This document shows, one piece after another, positions 29,342 through 64,000 of a stretch of 64,000 nt of DNA (position 1 is its first letter; every line of letters starts with the position of its first letter). The stretch is from Amoebidium appalachense (Eukaryota > Protista > Ichthyosporea), in NCBI GenBank assembly GCA_963693365.1, contig CAVNZM010000017.1, forward strand, positions 5,260,708 through 5,324,707. The letters run 5' to 3'. The translations under genes were made by a program, and so were the position numbers. Below the pieces are notes generated by a model. It saw nothing but the letters and a program-made list of their open reading frames with translations, did not search any database and was not told the DNA's origin.

Positions 29342-30859
29342 CTTCACAACTGGCGTTGTATGTGAATGGTCGAGTATAAAAACAAAAGTGGAAGCACTAC
29401 GCCTCGACGAGAACGTGTTCGCCCTTACAACCACCAAAATAGCTGATACTTTCCAAAAAAAACAGCCGCTTGGGAGAAGGATCTGAAGTCCAGCTCGCCG
29501 TAAACAATGCTAGCAAACAGACAGGAAGCAATTAGGAGCGAATAACAAGACCAAACAGAGTGCTCTGAAGATGCAGAGCCTATTCTATATATCGCTGACT
29601 GCTTCTGAGGAAAAAGATATCGCGCCAACCACATATAAATGGGCGAGAAAGACTTCAAGTCAAGGGGAAAAAATGACACGCGGATGGATGGTGTGAGATT
29701 TTATACTGTTTTGTAGTCTGAATGTGCTCCAATCATAATGAGGACATGGCTGGAGCCAAGTGCCGGCGTGGTTGCACAACTCCGGGAAATGTGTCGTAAG
29801 CGTGTAAAAATCACTTCCCAGCTCTTACATTTTTACATGTAGCGCTAAAAATAAAAAATACATTTAATAAATATAGTATTTTGATTATTTTCGTACTGTA
29901 CTTACCATAACATGCATTTATAGTCACACACACAATAGCCTTCCCCTTAGCCTTTTCTCATGGGGCAACGAACGGCTCATAGCCACCCTAAACGCATCAT
30001 GATATCGCACCAATCAAGTGGAACTTAGTCCAAGCCTTGGATTTAGTGGTAGTCGTGTCTTTCCCTTGCTGACGTCATTTCGAACCCATGATCGAGCTCT
30101 TTTCATAGTTTTCTGAGTTGTCTTTCGAAGCCTACACTCCGCCAGCCAACTTGGTCAAGTTAGGCCAAGGCCTCCTAAATAGCACACCATTTAGGAGGCC
30201 TTGAGTTAGGCTAAAGCCGAGTGACTGAAGAGAAAGCTCCCGTGTATGTAACGATTTCCAAAACAAGGCACTTCATCATCCCTTCGTATGTAGTGTATGT
30301 CACTGTTTTATGCGATGCCAACACCTGCTGCTGGCAAGTTTCACTTACTCGGTCTGCATTCATGAACCGTGGATCTTGATGGAAACTAAGTGTTACTTGG
30401 CTTTCCGACATGAAATGGTTTCTCGTAGTTTATGAATAGTTTTCACCATTCGTACGGACACCCAGAAAAGTTCTCCTGACCCACAATACCCCCTCCCCCC
30501 CCCCCCCCCCTCCCCCTCCCCCTCCCCCCCCCCCCCTCACCCTGCGCCAAAAAGTACTCACCAAAAGAACAAACAAACCAATCAACCACCCCCTACAACC
30601 AATACCTACATCTCGACTTTCCTCTCCCTGTCATGAGCATCTACGGGTTCGTCCACGTGGCTTTTATCTTTGACGATAACATGAAACAACAGCCGTGTAC
30701 ATTCTTGATCCAGTAAGCACATCTTTTTTTCACTCGGCACCAGGCTACTTCTTTCTTGCAGTGAAGACGCAGAGCATTGTCGAGATCGCCATTGTTTCTT
30801 AGGCATCATCGCTCGTTTCGCAACCGAGGTTGCCTGCTGGGCTGGCAGCAAAGGGGAAC

Positions 30860-48039
<17,180 letters not shown>

Positions 48040-48324
48040 ATTTCAACCCTCCCCCCCCCCCCCCCCCCCTCCCCACACACACACACACACACCTTCCCTT
48101 GACCCCACCCCTACCTCCTCCACTCAAGTCCCCCCCCCCTCTCCCCCCACATACACAAACACGCACACACACACACACACCTACCCACCACCACCACCAC
48201 TAGGCCCTATCATGCCCCTTACACATACTCTCTTGCTTGCCTGCCCCTCCCCTCCTTCCCCCTTTCGTGCTTCTCTCCTCCCGAGAACACCTTTTCACAT
48301 CCCAAGCCGTCTCTAGTGCTCTTT

Positions 48325-48395
<71 letters not shown>

Positions 48396-49003
48396 GCTTG
48401 TTCGTTCACATGCTCTCCGTACTAGAGCTGTTAGTTGGAAATCTGGATGGTTTTACTGTCTTGCCTCCAGCATTGGTGAAGGTGTGTTTACCCCTTCACT
48501 TCTTTAGGCAGATGTAATATATATTGTGTTTTTTAACCGTGAAAGTGTCGCTTTACGGTAATAATTTGGCAATAATGTGGCAATAATGTGGCAATAATGT
48601 GATAATAATGTGTTCATTGTGGCGATTCCTTCCTATATGTAATGAGTGGATGTCAAGTCGGTAGTCCGGTCATGTTTTTGGCCAATCGCATGTTTGCTCG
48701 GTTCATTTGTAATCGAACGTTCATAGTTGTTTACATTAAAATTAGTATTAACAATTCACACACTTTATTGCTGTTAGGCGGAATCGGCATTCTAGATTAA
48801 GTGGGTAGTTAAAGATCTTAGAGGAGGGCAAACCAGTGTGAACATCAACGTTGCCTCTCTTTCCGTTACTGTAAATGGACTCTTTAAAAAAATGCCATAT
48901 ATGAGGCAAATCACGCAAAAATTACAAATTTTCTGCTAGCGGTTAGAGAGAGAAAACTCGAAGATAACTTAATAGGCCTGAGACTCGCTTTCACAGGTTT
49001 GAA

Positions 49004-49107
49004 CACTATAGTGACTAATTAGTCTAGGGATAGGCTGATGTATGGTTGCAGCGGATTGAGAATGGGCAAGGCCCAGCCTATCCCTAGACTAATTAGTCTC
49101 TATAGTG
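49004..49107. mobile_element. 104-bp foldback element with CACTA termini
   Basis: 34-bp arms cactatagtgactaattagtctagggataggctg / cagcctatccctagactaattagtctctatagtg (1 mismatch). Flanks gaa / gga could be an imperfect 3-bp TSD. Confidence 0.55.
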
Positions 49108-49785
49108 GGAAGCATTCTAGACAGGAAAGGAAGACTCTCACTGTCTGGTCACTCGGATGTATATATTCTTTGCGGAAATCGCCAAACCGATACTAAATCC
49201 GGACCATAGATACAGTAGGCTGGTACATATGTACTATGTTTAAAATAACCAAACATCCCAAAAACGATGTCAGTCTATTTAGCATATTCTTGGAGATAAT
49301 GGCAACGGAAATAAGTTCTGCTAAAATAAAAAAAACCGTTTCATTGTATTGTGTACACACGTACAAGAGAGTTTCGGACACATGGACGATATACAATATT
49401 AGCAGTTTCTATGCTATGTAGTGAACAAAAACCCGGCCCACCCACCCACCCACACACTCATGCGCATACGTACAAAACACAGGCACTCGCACACTTGCAC
49501 ACACACTAACGAACAGCAGCCACACACTCGCCGCCACCCCCCCCCCCCCCCCCCTCCCCCTCCCCCCGCGGCAATATGCATATATATATGAAACCAATAA
49601 AAACACGTGTGTGTAAACCAGGTGGGTGGGGCATGTGGAAGGGCCTTGGTGGGTGGGGCATGTGGAAGGGCCTTGGTTAATTGGGGTGGGGGGGGGATGG
49701 AGGGTGGGGGGCCGGGTGGGATAGAGTGGTGTGTGTGTGTGGTGGTGGTGGTGGTGGTGGTGGTGGTGGTGTTTTTTTTTGTTTT

Positions 49786-49834
<49 letters not shown>

Positions 49835-50615
49835 TATATGGCACCATACGACTCGGTTACGGGAAGCCAAGCTTGAGTTGACAAAGCCGGAGATATTGAC
49901 AGCAATTTACTCTTTTCTTGCAAACCGTGATTCCATGGGGATTGTAGTGTGCTCGAGTAGCAGTTCACTTACATTACCAAGGCAGATGTGTTCACAGAGC
50001 CCCGTATACATGTGCATTAGACCCCCCCCCCCCCCCCCCCCCCCCAAAAAAAATACACACACACATGAGAGAAAACTACCTTCTCACACGTAGCAGAGTC
50101 TGCACTAACACAAGTAGAGTGTATAGTCGTTGCACACACACACACGGAGGTGATCAGTCTCTATATGGGTGCAATATACTATAGTATACCTACTAAATGT
50201 GTACTTAATCGGGCTGCATGCACTATCACCTAAGTATCACACAAGTGTCCACACAGTGCTCGGAGAGTCTGTTGCAACAGTCAATTATCGTTATAACTCC
50301 CAATTTTATTATGTTGCATGTGCGGGTTTATATACTCCGCCGTGATCCAGTCACCAGCCATCCAGGATGGCATCCGGGTTGACTACGCGTAATCCCTAGA
50401 TATGGATGGTGCGTTCCTAACCAATCATATGGCAGTTAGATATCACAATTCATCCTAAAAATCACACGATCGATCACCTAGCCATCACACGAAAACACGC
50501 GTACACCGCTGTTGGATGGTTACATAATAAATATATCACAAACACGAATAATATGGTGATATTGGGGTTGTATATTCCAACGACACACACACTTAAAACC
50601 CCCCACCCTTCCCCC

Positions 50616-50653
<38 letters not shown>

Positions 50654-51263
50654 ACACACACGCGCATAAACGTTACACCTACGGAAAATTAAAGATATGA
50701 AGATACTATATTACTTGTGGGCTAAAACTTACACAACTGCCGGGTATACGTTTTGTGTGTGGTGTGTTCGTGGGTGTGCTGTGTGCGCGTGCGCTCGCGG
50801 GTTGCCCGAAACCTCACTATCACCTCGATCGCAAACAAAAACGAAATCGGAAAGATCCTACTTACCATCGGTAATTATCACCGACATATCAAACACCTTA
50901 GGCTCAAATCAACAGGTATCCCCAGGAAAATCCCCCTACTCTTCCTCACAAGCCCGCAAATATCCCACAAATCTCACACTCAAAATACAACCCCAGTTGC
51001 AACAAACAAACGGGGGCTGGATATGATTACATAAGTGCTAGTCTGTTACACACCCAGTTTGGACACATATACATGAAAGGCGGAGGGGGAAGAAAAGTAA
51101 AAGGAAAGAAAGAAAATGGAAAAACGTGTACTGTTACAAAATAGATATAAATATATCAAGCGCTATCATGTTGGATCAAGAACACCATCAGAATCGGTTC
51201 AACGACCAAAAAAAAAAGCCACAGTTAAAGATCACGCCTCAAGGGGTTGCTTAAGCCGGACCC

Positions 51264-51351
51264 TTAAAGAATAATGCAATCCTTCTGTTGTGGAGGCGCC
51301 TCCCCAGCCAAAGGTTTGTCAGTCTCCGCTATGAGGAGATGGAAGATCTCG

Positions 51352-51435
<84 letters not shown>

Positions 51436-51646
51436 AGTGTGTGAGGGTGAGTGTGTGTGTGTGTGGTGGTGGTGGTGGTGGTGGTGGTGGGGGGGGGGGG
51501 GAGGGGGGGCGGTGGGGTCAAGCATGTGTTTGTATGGGTGTGTGTGTGTGTGTGTGCGCGCGCGCGCGCATGTGTGTGTGTGTGTGGACGGGGGGGGGGG
51601 GGGGGGGGGGGGTAATATTGCTGTAACATTGCACAAAACAAGTACC

Positions 51647-51677
<31 letters not shown>

Positions 51678-51704
51678 AAAAAAGGAAAGAAAAAAGAAAA
51701 AGAA

Positions 51705-51740
<36 letters not shown>

Positions 51741-51778
51741 CTTCCCATTCCTGCCTCACCATTAACGAAAGACACACG

Positions 51779-51818
<40 letters not shown>

Positions 51819-52670
51819 TAACTACAAGTACCATACATTGGGCTCGGTGGCATATTCTCAACTTTGAATTTAGGAAAATAGGCTACCTACCGGCATTTGT
51901 AGTGCTCTTAGCCGACACCTGGATAAAGCAAGAATGTTCAAACACTTCTACACCTGCTTACCCATGTAGAAAAACCAACAAAACTTCAATCTCCGGGGAC
52001 AAACTTGGAATTTAGGACACCTACCGGCCAACCACAAGACTAGGACTGTAATTCCCACCAAGGACTTAAGGAAATTAGGACACCTACCGGCCTTTATGGT
52101 GCTCTTAGCCGACACCTCAATACAGAAAGAATGTTAGGACACTGTTATGCCCCCCTTGCAGAAAAACAAACCAAGAAAGCTCAATTTTCGGAAATAGACT
52201 TAGGAATTTAGGACACCTACCGGCCTTTGTAGTGCTCTTAGCCGACACCTCAATGAAGGGACACTGCCACTCAGCAGCCACTGCCTTGCCATCCTCTGTG
52301 CTGACCCTACGCTCATTGAAAAGGTCCGTCTTGTTGCCTACAAGAACAGTGGGAACACTGTAGTGTGTGTGTGTGTGTGTGTGTGTACGTGTGTGTAAGT
52401 GTACGTACGTGTGTGTAAGTGTACGTACGTGTGTGTAATGTACGTACGTGTGTGTAAGTGTACGTACGTCTGTGTAAGTGTACGTACGTGTGTGTAAGTG
52501 TACGTACGTGTGTGTGTACGTGTGTGTGTGAATGTGTTGGGGGAAGGGGGGGTAGGTGTAAGTGTGGGTGTATGTGTGCGTGGATGGGTGTATGTTGAAC
52601 AGATCCGTCTTGTTGCCGACAAGCACAGTGGGCACACTGTACGTGTGTGTACGTGTGTGTGTGCGTGTGT

Positions 52671-52763
<93 letters not shown>

Positions 52764-53237
52764 GGGGTGGGTGGATGTGTGTGTGTGTGCATGTAATGGG
52801 GGGGTTTGGTGTAAGCGTGGGTGTATGTATGTTGAACAGATCCGTCTTTTTGCCTACAAGCACAGTGGGCACACAGTGTGTTCGTGTGTGTATGTGTGTG
52901 GATTTTTTTTTTCGAGGGGGGGGGGGGGGGGGGGGAGAGAGGGGAAGGGGGGGGGGGGGGGGGGTAGTGTCTTGTATGTGTACGTGTGTGTGTACGTGCG
53001 TGTGTGTACGTGTGTGTGTGTGTGTGTGTGTGAGTTGTAGTGTGTGTGTGTGCATGTATGTGTGTCTGTGTGTGCGCCTGTACGTGTGTGTGTGTGTGTT
53101 TGTGTGTGTGGTTGTGTGTGTGTGTGTGTTGTGTGTGAGTTGTAGTGTGTTTGTGTGTGTGTATGTGTGTGTGTGCGTGTACGTGCGTGTAGATGTGTCG
53201 GTGTATGTGTGGGTACATGAGCGTGCCGTGTGGGTTG

Positions 53238-53325
<88 letters not shown>

Positions 53326-53334
53326 CTGTGTGTC

Positions 53335-53383
<49 letters not shown>

Positions 53384-53647
53384 TGCTGTATGGCCGCTTG
53401 TGTGTGTACATGGGTGAATGCATGCGTGGGTGGGGGTGAGGGCTTGCATGGTGCATGGGTGTGTGGGTGTAAGGGGGATGTACGTGTGTGTGCGTGTATG
53501 TATATGTTGTGTGTATGTGTTGTATGTATATGTTGTGTGTATGTGTGTGTGTGTGGCGATGGTGGTGGTGGTGGTGGTGGTGGGGATCAGGGGGGGTATA
53601 CAGCTCAGAAAAGCGCACCTATGTCCTATGTGATGTGCCCCCTCCCC

Positions 53648-53680
<33 letters not shown>

Positions 53681-54053
53681 ACCCGCCCACCACCACCACC
53701 ACCACCACCCTCACCCACCCACCCCAACCCTTCTACCCCTCTCCCCAGAAGGCATCCTAATAGGACGACTTAGGATATCACCAGGGTTGCAAGAGAAGAG
53801 AGAACAGGGAAGAGCTCGGCAGGGAGAAGAATGGGGTGGGTGGGTGGATGGCGATAAAAGGCAGTAAGTAGACAACCTAAACGGGCTATCACATTGTTGG
53901 TGCGCGTGTGCACCGGCAGATAGATGAGCTAATGTGCATGTATACTTGTGTGTGTACGCCGTGTGCGTGTGTGTGTCCTTGTGTGTGTGTGTTGTGTGGG
54001 TGCGTGGGTGAGTGTATGAGCGAGTAAGCGAGTGAGCAAGCGAGGGAGTGAGT

Positions 54054-54117
<64 letters not shown>

Positions 54118-54406
54118 ATGCGCATGTGTGTAATGTGTCTGTATGATGCTTACTGTGTGTGTGTTGTGGTATGCATGTGTGCGAGGAAGCACGGCATCAA
54201 AATGCGTCCCTGCATGCAGATAAATATGTACGGGTGCACGTGTGTGCTTATGTGGTCGTGCGCACACCTACTTGTTAGCATGTGATGTCTGCTATTTTGC
54301 GCGTATAACTCGTGCTGATATGTGCGCAGGCGCGTGCATGTCCGTGTGTGCTCCTTTGTACACGTGCGCGTGTGTGCCTGTGCTCTAATGCGCGCTCATA
54401 AGTGCA

Positions 54407-54439
<33 letters not shown>

Positions 54440-54578
54440 ACACCCACACCCACACACACACGTGCACACGTACGTGTTTGTGCCGAGCCTATCGAGGATC
54501 TTGTCATGGATAACCTCTACTACACACACCCACCCACCCACACCCACTCCCCCTCCCTCCTCCCCCCCCCCCTCCCCC

Positions 54579-54609
<31 letters not shown>

Positions 54610-55860
54610 ACACATGCTCACGTACGTGTTCGTGCCGAGCCTATCGAGGATCTTGTCATGGATAACCTTTACAGTCTCCAGGCTGGCCTTTGACGTGATG
54701 GAGTAGATAAGAACATAGCCGTCAATACCTACACTGCAGTTTGTCGGGAAGATGGACGTCTCATCCTGGTTTTTATATTTTAAAATTAATATAATCACCC
54801 GTGTATTAAGAGTCTTAATGTTATATGGTTTGCTCTCTTTGTGTGTGTGAAAACTTTGTCTATGTGGGAGAGGGTGGGTGGGTGGGGGGGGGGGGGGGGG
54901 GGGGGGGGGGGACGACGATGATGATGTATTTAGAGGAAGGCATCAATGTCGTAATAATAGAAAAAAAAAATAATAAAAAATACGTCTATGCCTCCCCACC
55001 CCCCGGGGTGCTCCGGGGGGGGGGGGGGGGGGGGGGAGGGGAGGGGGGAGGGGGGAGGAGGAGGGTGGGGTGGGGTGGGGTGGGGTGGGGGGGGGGGGTG
55101 TTGAATGCGGAACACGGTACGAAGTACGCATGCACGATGAAAAGCATGGTGCAGGACACATGCAAAGGCAAACATTCAAGTATGCAACATCAGCAATGCG
55201 CACAGTATGCGTCATAAGCAGAGCCCATGCTGGGGGGGGGGGGGGGGGGGGGGGGGGGAGGGAGGGAGGGGGTTTCGAAGGGAAACGGTCAAGGCATCGT
55301 ATAATGGGTGACGTGTTTCACCAGCATATAAGCAAGGGAGGAGAGAAGGAAAAAAGATGCAGGAAAGTACTAGGACAAGTAAAAGCCAGCTCCCTCTCCT
55401 TTCCTCTCCCCGCCTTCCAACCCTTCCCTCCCCCTCCCCCCCCCCCCCCCTCTCTCTCTCCTTTTTTTTTTTGGGGGGGGGGGGGAGGAGGAGGGGGGGA
55501 TGGGGGGGTGTAAATGCATTCACAGAGTAGGAAGTACACATCCGATAAACAAAGCAGATTTTGCAAAGCACACACAACGTATTTCCCCCCCCCCCCCCCC
55601 CCCCCCCCCCCCACCCCCCAAAAAAATAAGGACCCCCCCCCCCCCCCCCCCCCAAACGCACACACACACACACACAAGTACACACCCAGAATCGAACGCG
55701 ACGGCAAGAATAGCAGCTGTGTGCGTGTAAAAAAAGGGAGGGGTGTGTGTGCGTGTGCGCGCGCACTCAGAATATCAACCGCAGCTGCAGGAACGTGCTT
55801 GTGCGTGCGTGCGTGTGTGTGCAGGCGGGTCTGTGAGTGCTTGAGCGCGTGTGTGCGCAC

Positions 55861-55897
<37 letters not shown>

Positions 55898-57146
55898 ACC
55901 GTGTAGCTGTGTGTGCGCGTGTGTTCGCGAGTGCGTAGGTGTAGGTAACTGGTGGTGGTGGTGTGGGGGGAGGGGGGTTTGAATGCGGAACACGGTACGA
56001 AGTACGCATACACGAAGGACACATGCAAAGGCAAACATTCAAGTATGCAACATCATCCATGCGCACAGTATGCGTCATAAGCAGAGCCCATCCTCAGGGA
56101 GGGCCCAAGTCATCAATTGCGTCTGAGTTTCGACCCCTTAGCCCGCGTATATACGACTCTCCAACTCAGACAGCAGCATCAACTGAACTTGGGAGGGTCA
56201 ACCCGTCTTGATCAAAGACGAGCAGGGTTGCTTATGCAAGCAAGGTGACCAAAACGGTGAATATGTGTGTGCAAACTAATGCAGTGCAGCGGAAAATGCG
56301 TATGAGGGGGGGGGGGAGGGGAGGAAAGAGGGGGAGGGGGGGGGGGGAGAGGGGAGGTTTCAAGTCAATGCTTCCCGCAGACATAGGGGCAAGGGTCACT
56401 CCCCTGGGTGATATAAGGTGCCCCCCCCCCCCCCCCTCCCCTTCCCCGCCCCTCTTCCCCCCCCCCTCTGTCCACACAGAACTCGTGCGTTTTCTTTGAG
56501 TGCATCCAACCCCAAGCGAATCTATCATCAGAGGTAAAGTTGCAGTAAAAACGACACCATGGCATCATTCCCAAAATATCTTTTCTAATGGCACAACAGT
56601 AGACGAAAAAAAAAATCGGAGAGTGCATGTGAACCGGAAAGGTGAGGGGATGCCAATTGCAAGGAGATGAGAGGGAAAGGGAACATCTGATGAACTATCC
56701 ATCCATTCAGACCCCATTTTTCCCCTTGATGTTTCTTGAACATGCATGATGCCTCGTGATTATCTCACCTGGCCGGCCGTGTCGACGATCTGGCACTGAT
56801 ACTCGTGCCCCTTGTAGGTAATAACCTTCTGGAAGGTGTTTTCGATGGTCGGGTTGTATGTCTCAACGAACTGCCCCTCAACAAACTGAATCGTGATGGT
56901 GGACTTGCCTGTTGAGAAGATGCGGCAAGAACGTCAGAAACGTGTGTTTCTTCGAACAAGCACGTGTGAAAACGAGTGAAAATGAAGGAAATGAGGGTGG
57001 CCATGTTGCAAACACACACGCAGGGGGGAAGCAGGGGGGGGGGGGGGGGGGGAGAGGGGGAGAGGGGGGAGTAAGGGAAGAAGAGAGAGAGAGCCAGAGA
57101 GAGAGGGAGGGAGGGAGGGAGGGAGGGAGGGGGGGAGAGAGAGAGA

Positions 57147-57178
<32 letters not shown>

Positions 57179-57662
57179 ACGGGCGCGCGCCGGGGGGGGG
57201 GAGGGGGGAAGGTCACGGGCACATGGCCACGGTCTGAATGCCTTGGCTCCCCCCTAAAGAGGGAAGAACGGCGTAGGGATGTATGGAGTTGGAGGTAAAA
57301 GAGGCGCACAACAAACGTTGTGTTCAATAGTGTGTATGTTCATTAGAAAACGGCAGGGGAGAGGGGGAGGGAGGCGGTTGGAGAAGGCAAAAAAAAGTCC
57401 TTATAAATCAACAAGGTGGAACAAACGAGAAAGCTTGTTGACAATCTAAAAGAAAACCACCGGTTAATATACCGCTAAGTGGTTATAATAAGACTGGTTC
57501 AAAGGATGGTTGGGGCAGGAGGAGTGAAGTTTGCCAACGATGTATGGGGTGACGGACTTGTGTGAATTTGGACTTACAGTATAAACCATGCAGACAGAAT
57601 TTTGAGCTGAAGCCAAAACAGCCGTGCGTGTGTGTGTGTGTGTGTGCGTGTGTGCGTGTGTA

Positions 57663-57693
<31 letters not shown>

Positions 57694-57965
57694 GCCTGTG
57701 TGTGTTTATTGGTGGTGGTGGTGGTGGTGGTGGTGGTGGTGGTGGTGGCGGTGGTGATGGTGTTGGGGGGAGGGGGGGAGAGGGGGCATATGTGCGCCCG
57801 TGCCTGTCTGTTTAGGGTTTCAGCCAAAGGGGGGGCGGGGGGGAGGGAGGGGAGGGAGCCCGGGGAAGGAGGGGGAGGGGGGGGGGGTTGGCAAGCAAGA
57901 GGGTACGTACCAACACCACGAAAGCCAAGCACAGCGAACTTTCTCTGCTTTGGCGGGAGACCCAT
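51264..57965 (-). CDS. RHEB: Rheb small GTPase
   Basis: Exons 57965-57911, 56908-56769, 54765-54626, 52357-52221, 51352-51264 give [21 protein letters not shown]...YNPTIENTF...DTAGQDE...[13 protein letters not shown]...VLVGNKTDL...EVSAK...CIIL. The Arg at the Ras-12 position and the PTIENTF effector loop are Rheb hallmarks. Confidence 0.95.
55101..55228 (-). mobile_element. Family B repeat, 5'-truncated
   Basis: Same 3' terminus, between G runs, in Rheb intron 2. Confidence 0.9.
55978..56304 (-). mobile_element. Family B repeat with complete RNA domain and a short internal deletion
   Basis: Matches 6096-6435 but lacks the tgagaagcatggtgc segment. G runs on both sides. Confidence 0.9.
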
Positions 57966-59029
57966 TTTGCTTGTCTATTTCACAGTTTCTGTACACGAGA
58001 TGTACTTACTTTCAATCACTGCAGCAAATCAATATAATCCTAAATTTCGATTGCAAACGTGACCAAGAACACCTATAAATCAGTTCAACTTTGCTCGAAT
58101 GGCGAGGCTTTTAACATACAAAAACAGTCCCCGAACAACACAGCTGCACCAGGTCTACATACAGTATCATATAATAACTGGTACAGTTGGAATATAACCT
58201 AACCCTTCGTTCGAAAGGAAAAAAATAACCCACTCGGGAGAAAAAACCCTAAGGCGAAAAAGGAAAATCTCATAAACGTATGAAAGGGCGGCTCCGAGCA
58301 GAACTTTTATACCTCTACGGTAGTGTGAGCGCTACCACCCCATAAGACCTTTCTCTGTATACTCAAAATGGTACTTGATTATAAAATCTTAACATCAATA
58401 TAGTTATATACATAAACGGTTTACAGCAAGATTGGGCATTCCAAATAGCTCTTACCGGGTTTAAAAAAAGCATTGATCACCGACGCGATCGTGATATACG
58501 TCACTGCATTGCGCAAACAGAAAGGGCTCAGGTGGTATCTCACGTTCTAAAATGGTTTCTCCACAAATGTTGTTGAGCCTGAAAGACTGCAAAAGAGGGG
58601 AAGAGGAGAGCTATGGTACTAAATAGTGTAGGAATTTGTGCGGAGAAAGAAATAATTTTCAGTTTTTTGTCTGCAAGAAAGAATACAAGCAGGTGCTTTT
58701 GCAAGCCTTCGAATTCAGCATTACCAAAAGCACACAGGTTCTTTAGCTTAGGTGATCTTGGGTGAAAAAAAATTCTAATCGAGGCGCAGGATCTGGCAAA
58801 ACGTGTGTGGTGTGGATCTGTCTAAATCTTTTTTACTTTTACTACTTAGGGCACGATGGGCTTATAGTTCCATCTTCGTGGTCCCAAAGTTCTGAGTTTT
58901 CAAAAAATATTACAGATAATACGCTTTGAACTTAATTGCTGTTTTTTTTTTCGGTATCCAAACATCCCACCTGGCCCAGATCTACACGTCATTGCACGTT
59001 TAACGGTAAAGGAAGTTTCACCATTCGTT

Positions 59030-63603
<4,574 letters not shown>

Positions 63604-64000
63604 GTCTTTGCCTTAACCCCCTCCCCCTCCCCTTGCCCCTCCCTCCCTCCCTCCCTCTCTCTTTCTCTCTCTCTCCCCTCCCCTCCCCCCCCCCCCCCCC
63701 CCCCCCACCCCCTTTCCCCCCCCCTCCCCCCCCCCCCCCCCCCCTCCCCCTTTTCCGTGCCTGCCCTCACTAGTCCCTATGTCCCCCTGCCGACTAATCC
63801 TTCTATTGACTCAAGTTCCTTCACTCGACCTTTTTCTTTAAAAGGGAATGGTTGGGGGGAGGGGGACAGGGGGGAGGGGGTGGGGGGGGGGGGGTGGGGG
63901 GGGGAAGGGGGGGGAGGGGGGAGGGGAGGGGGAGGGGGGGGAGGGGAGGGGGGAGGGGGGAGGGGGCTGGCATCACGTAAAGAAATAACTTCCACAACCC

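Overview
Intron-rich eukaryotic DNA, probably from a unicellular opisthokont/holozoan-like protist (inference), with introns full of (C)n, (CA)n and (CT)n tracts. Five spliced host genes were reconstructed by eye: a large secreted Cys-rich protein (-), a PRELI/MSF1 lipid-transfer protein (-), an F-box/LRR protein (+), Rheb (-) and an OGFOD2-like dioxygenase (+, runs off the window). The last F-box intron holds a 5'-truncated Penelope-like element (PLE) of Naiad/Chlamys architecture (GIY-YIG remnant, CxC..HxH motif, RT), inserted in a (C)n tract. More than a dozen copies of its 3' end, or of related 3' ends, lie in other C tracts. The most unusual observation is in that 3' end. It contains all hammerhead ribozyme core elements (CUGAGGA, GAAA, GUU cleavage triplet, stems I-III with compensatory changes between subfamilies), but the strands are connected in an order that is not type I, II or III. 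It also has a canonical kink-turn and two self-complementary loops, which suggests a dimer-dependent hammerhead. Small Harbinger-, piggyBac- and CACTA-like non-autonomous DNA elements, a 41-bp minisatellite and repeated duplications of exon-intron junctions are also present. Almost all ORFs in the supplied track are microsatellite artefacts. All structures and gene models are by-eye and untested.
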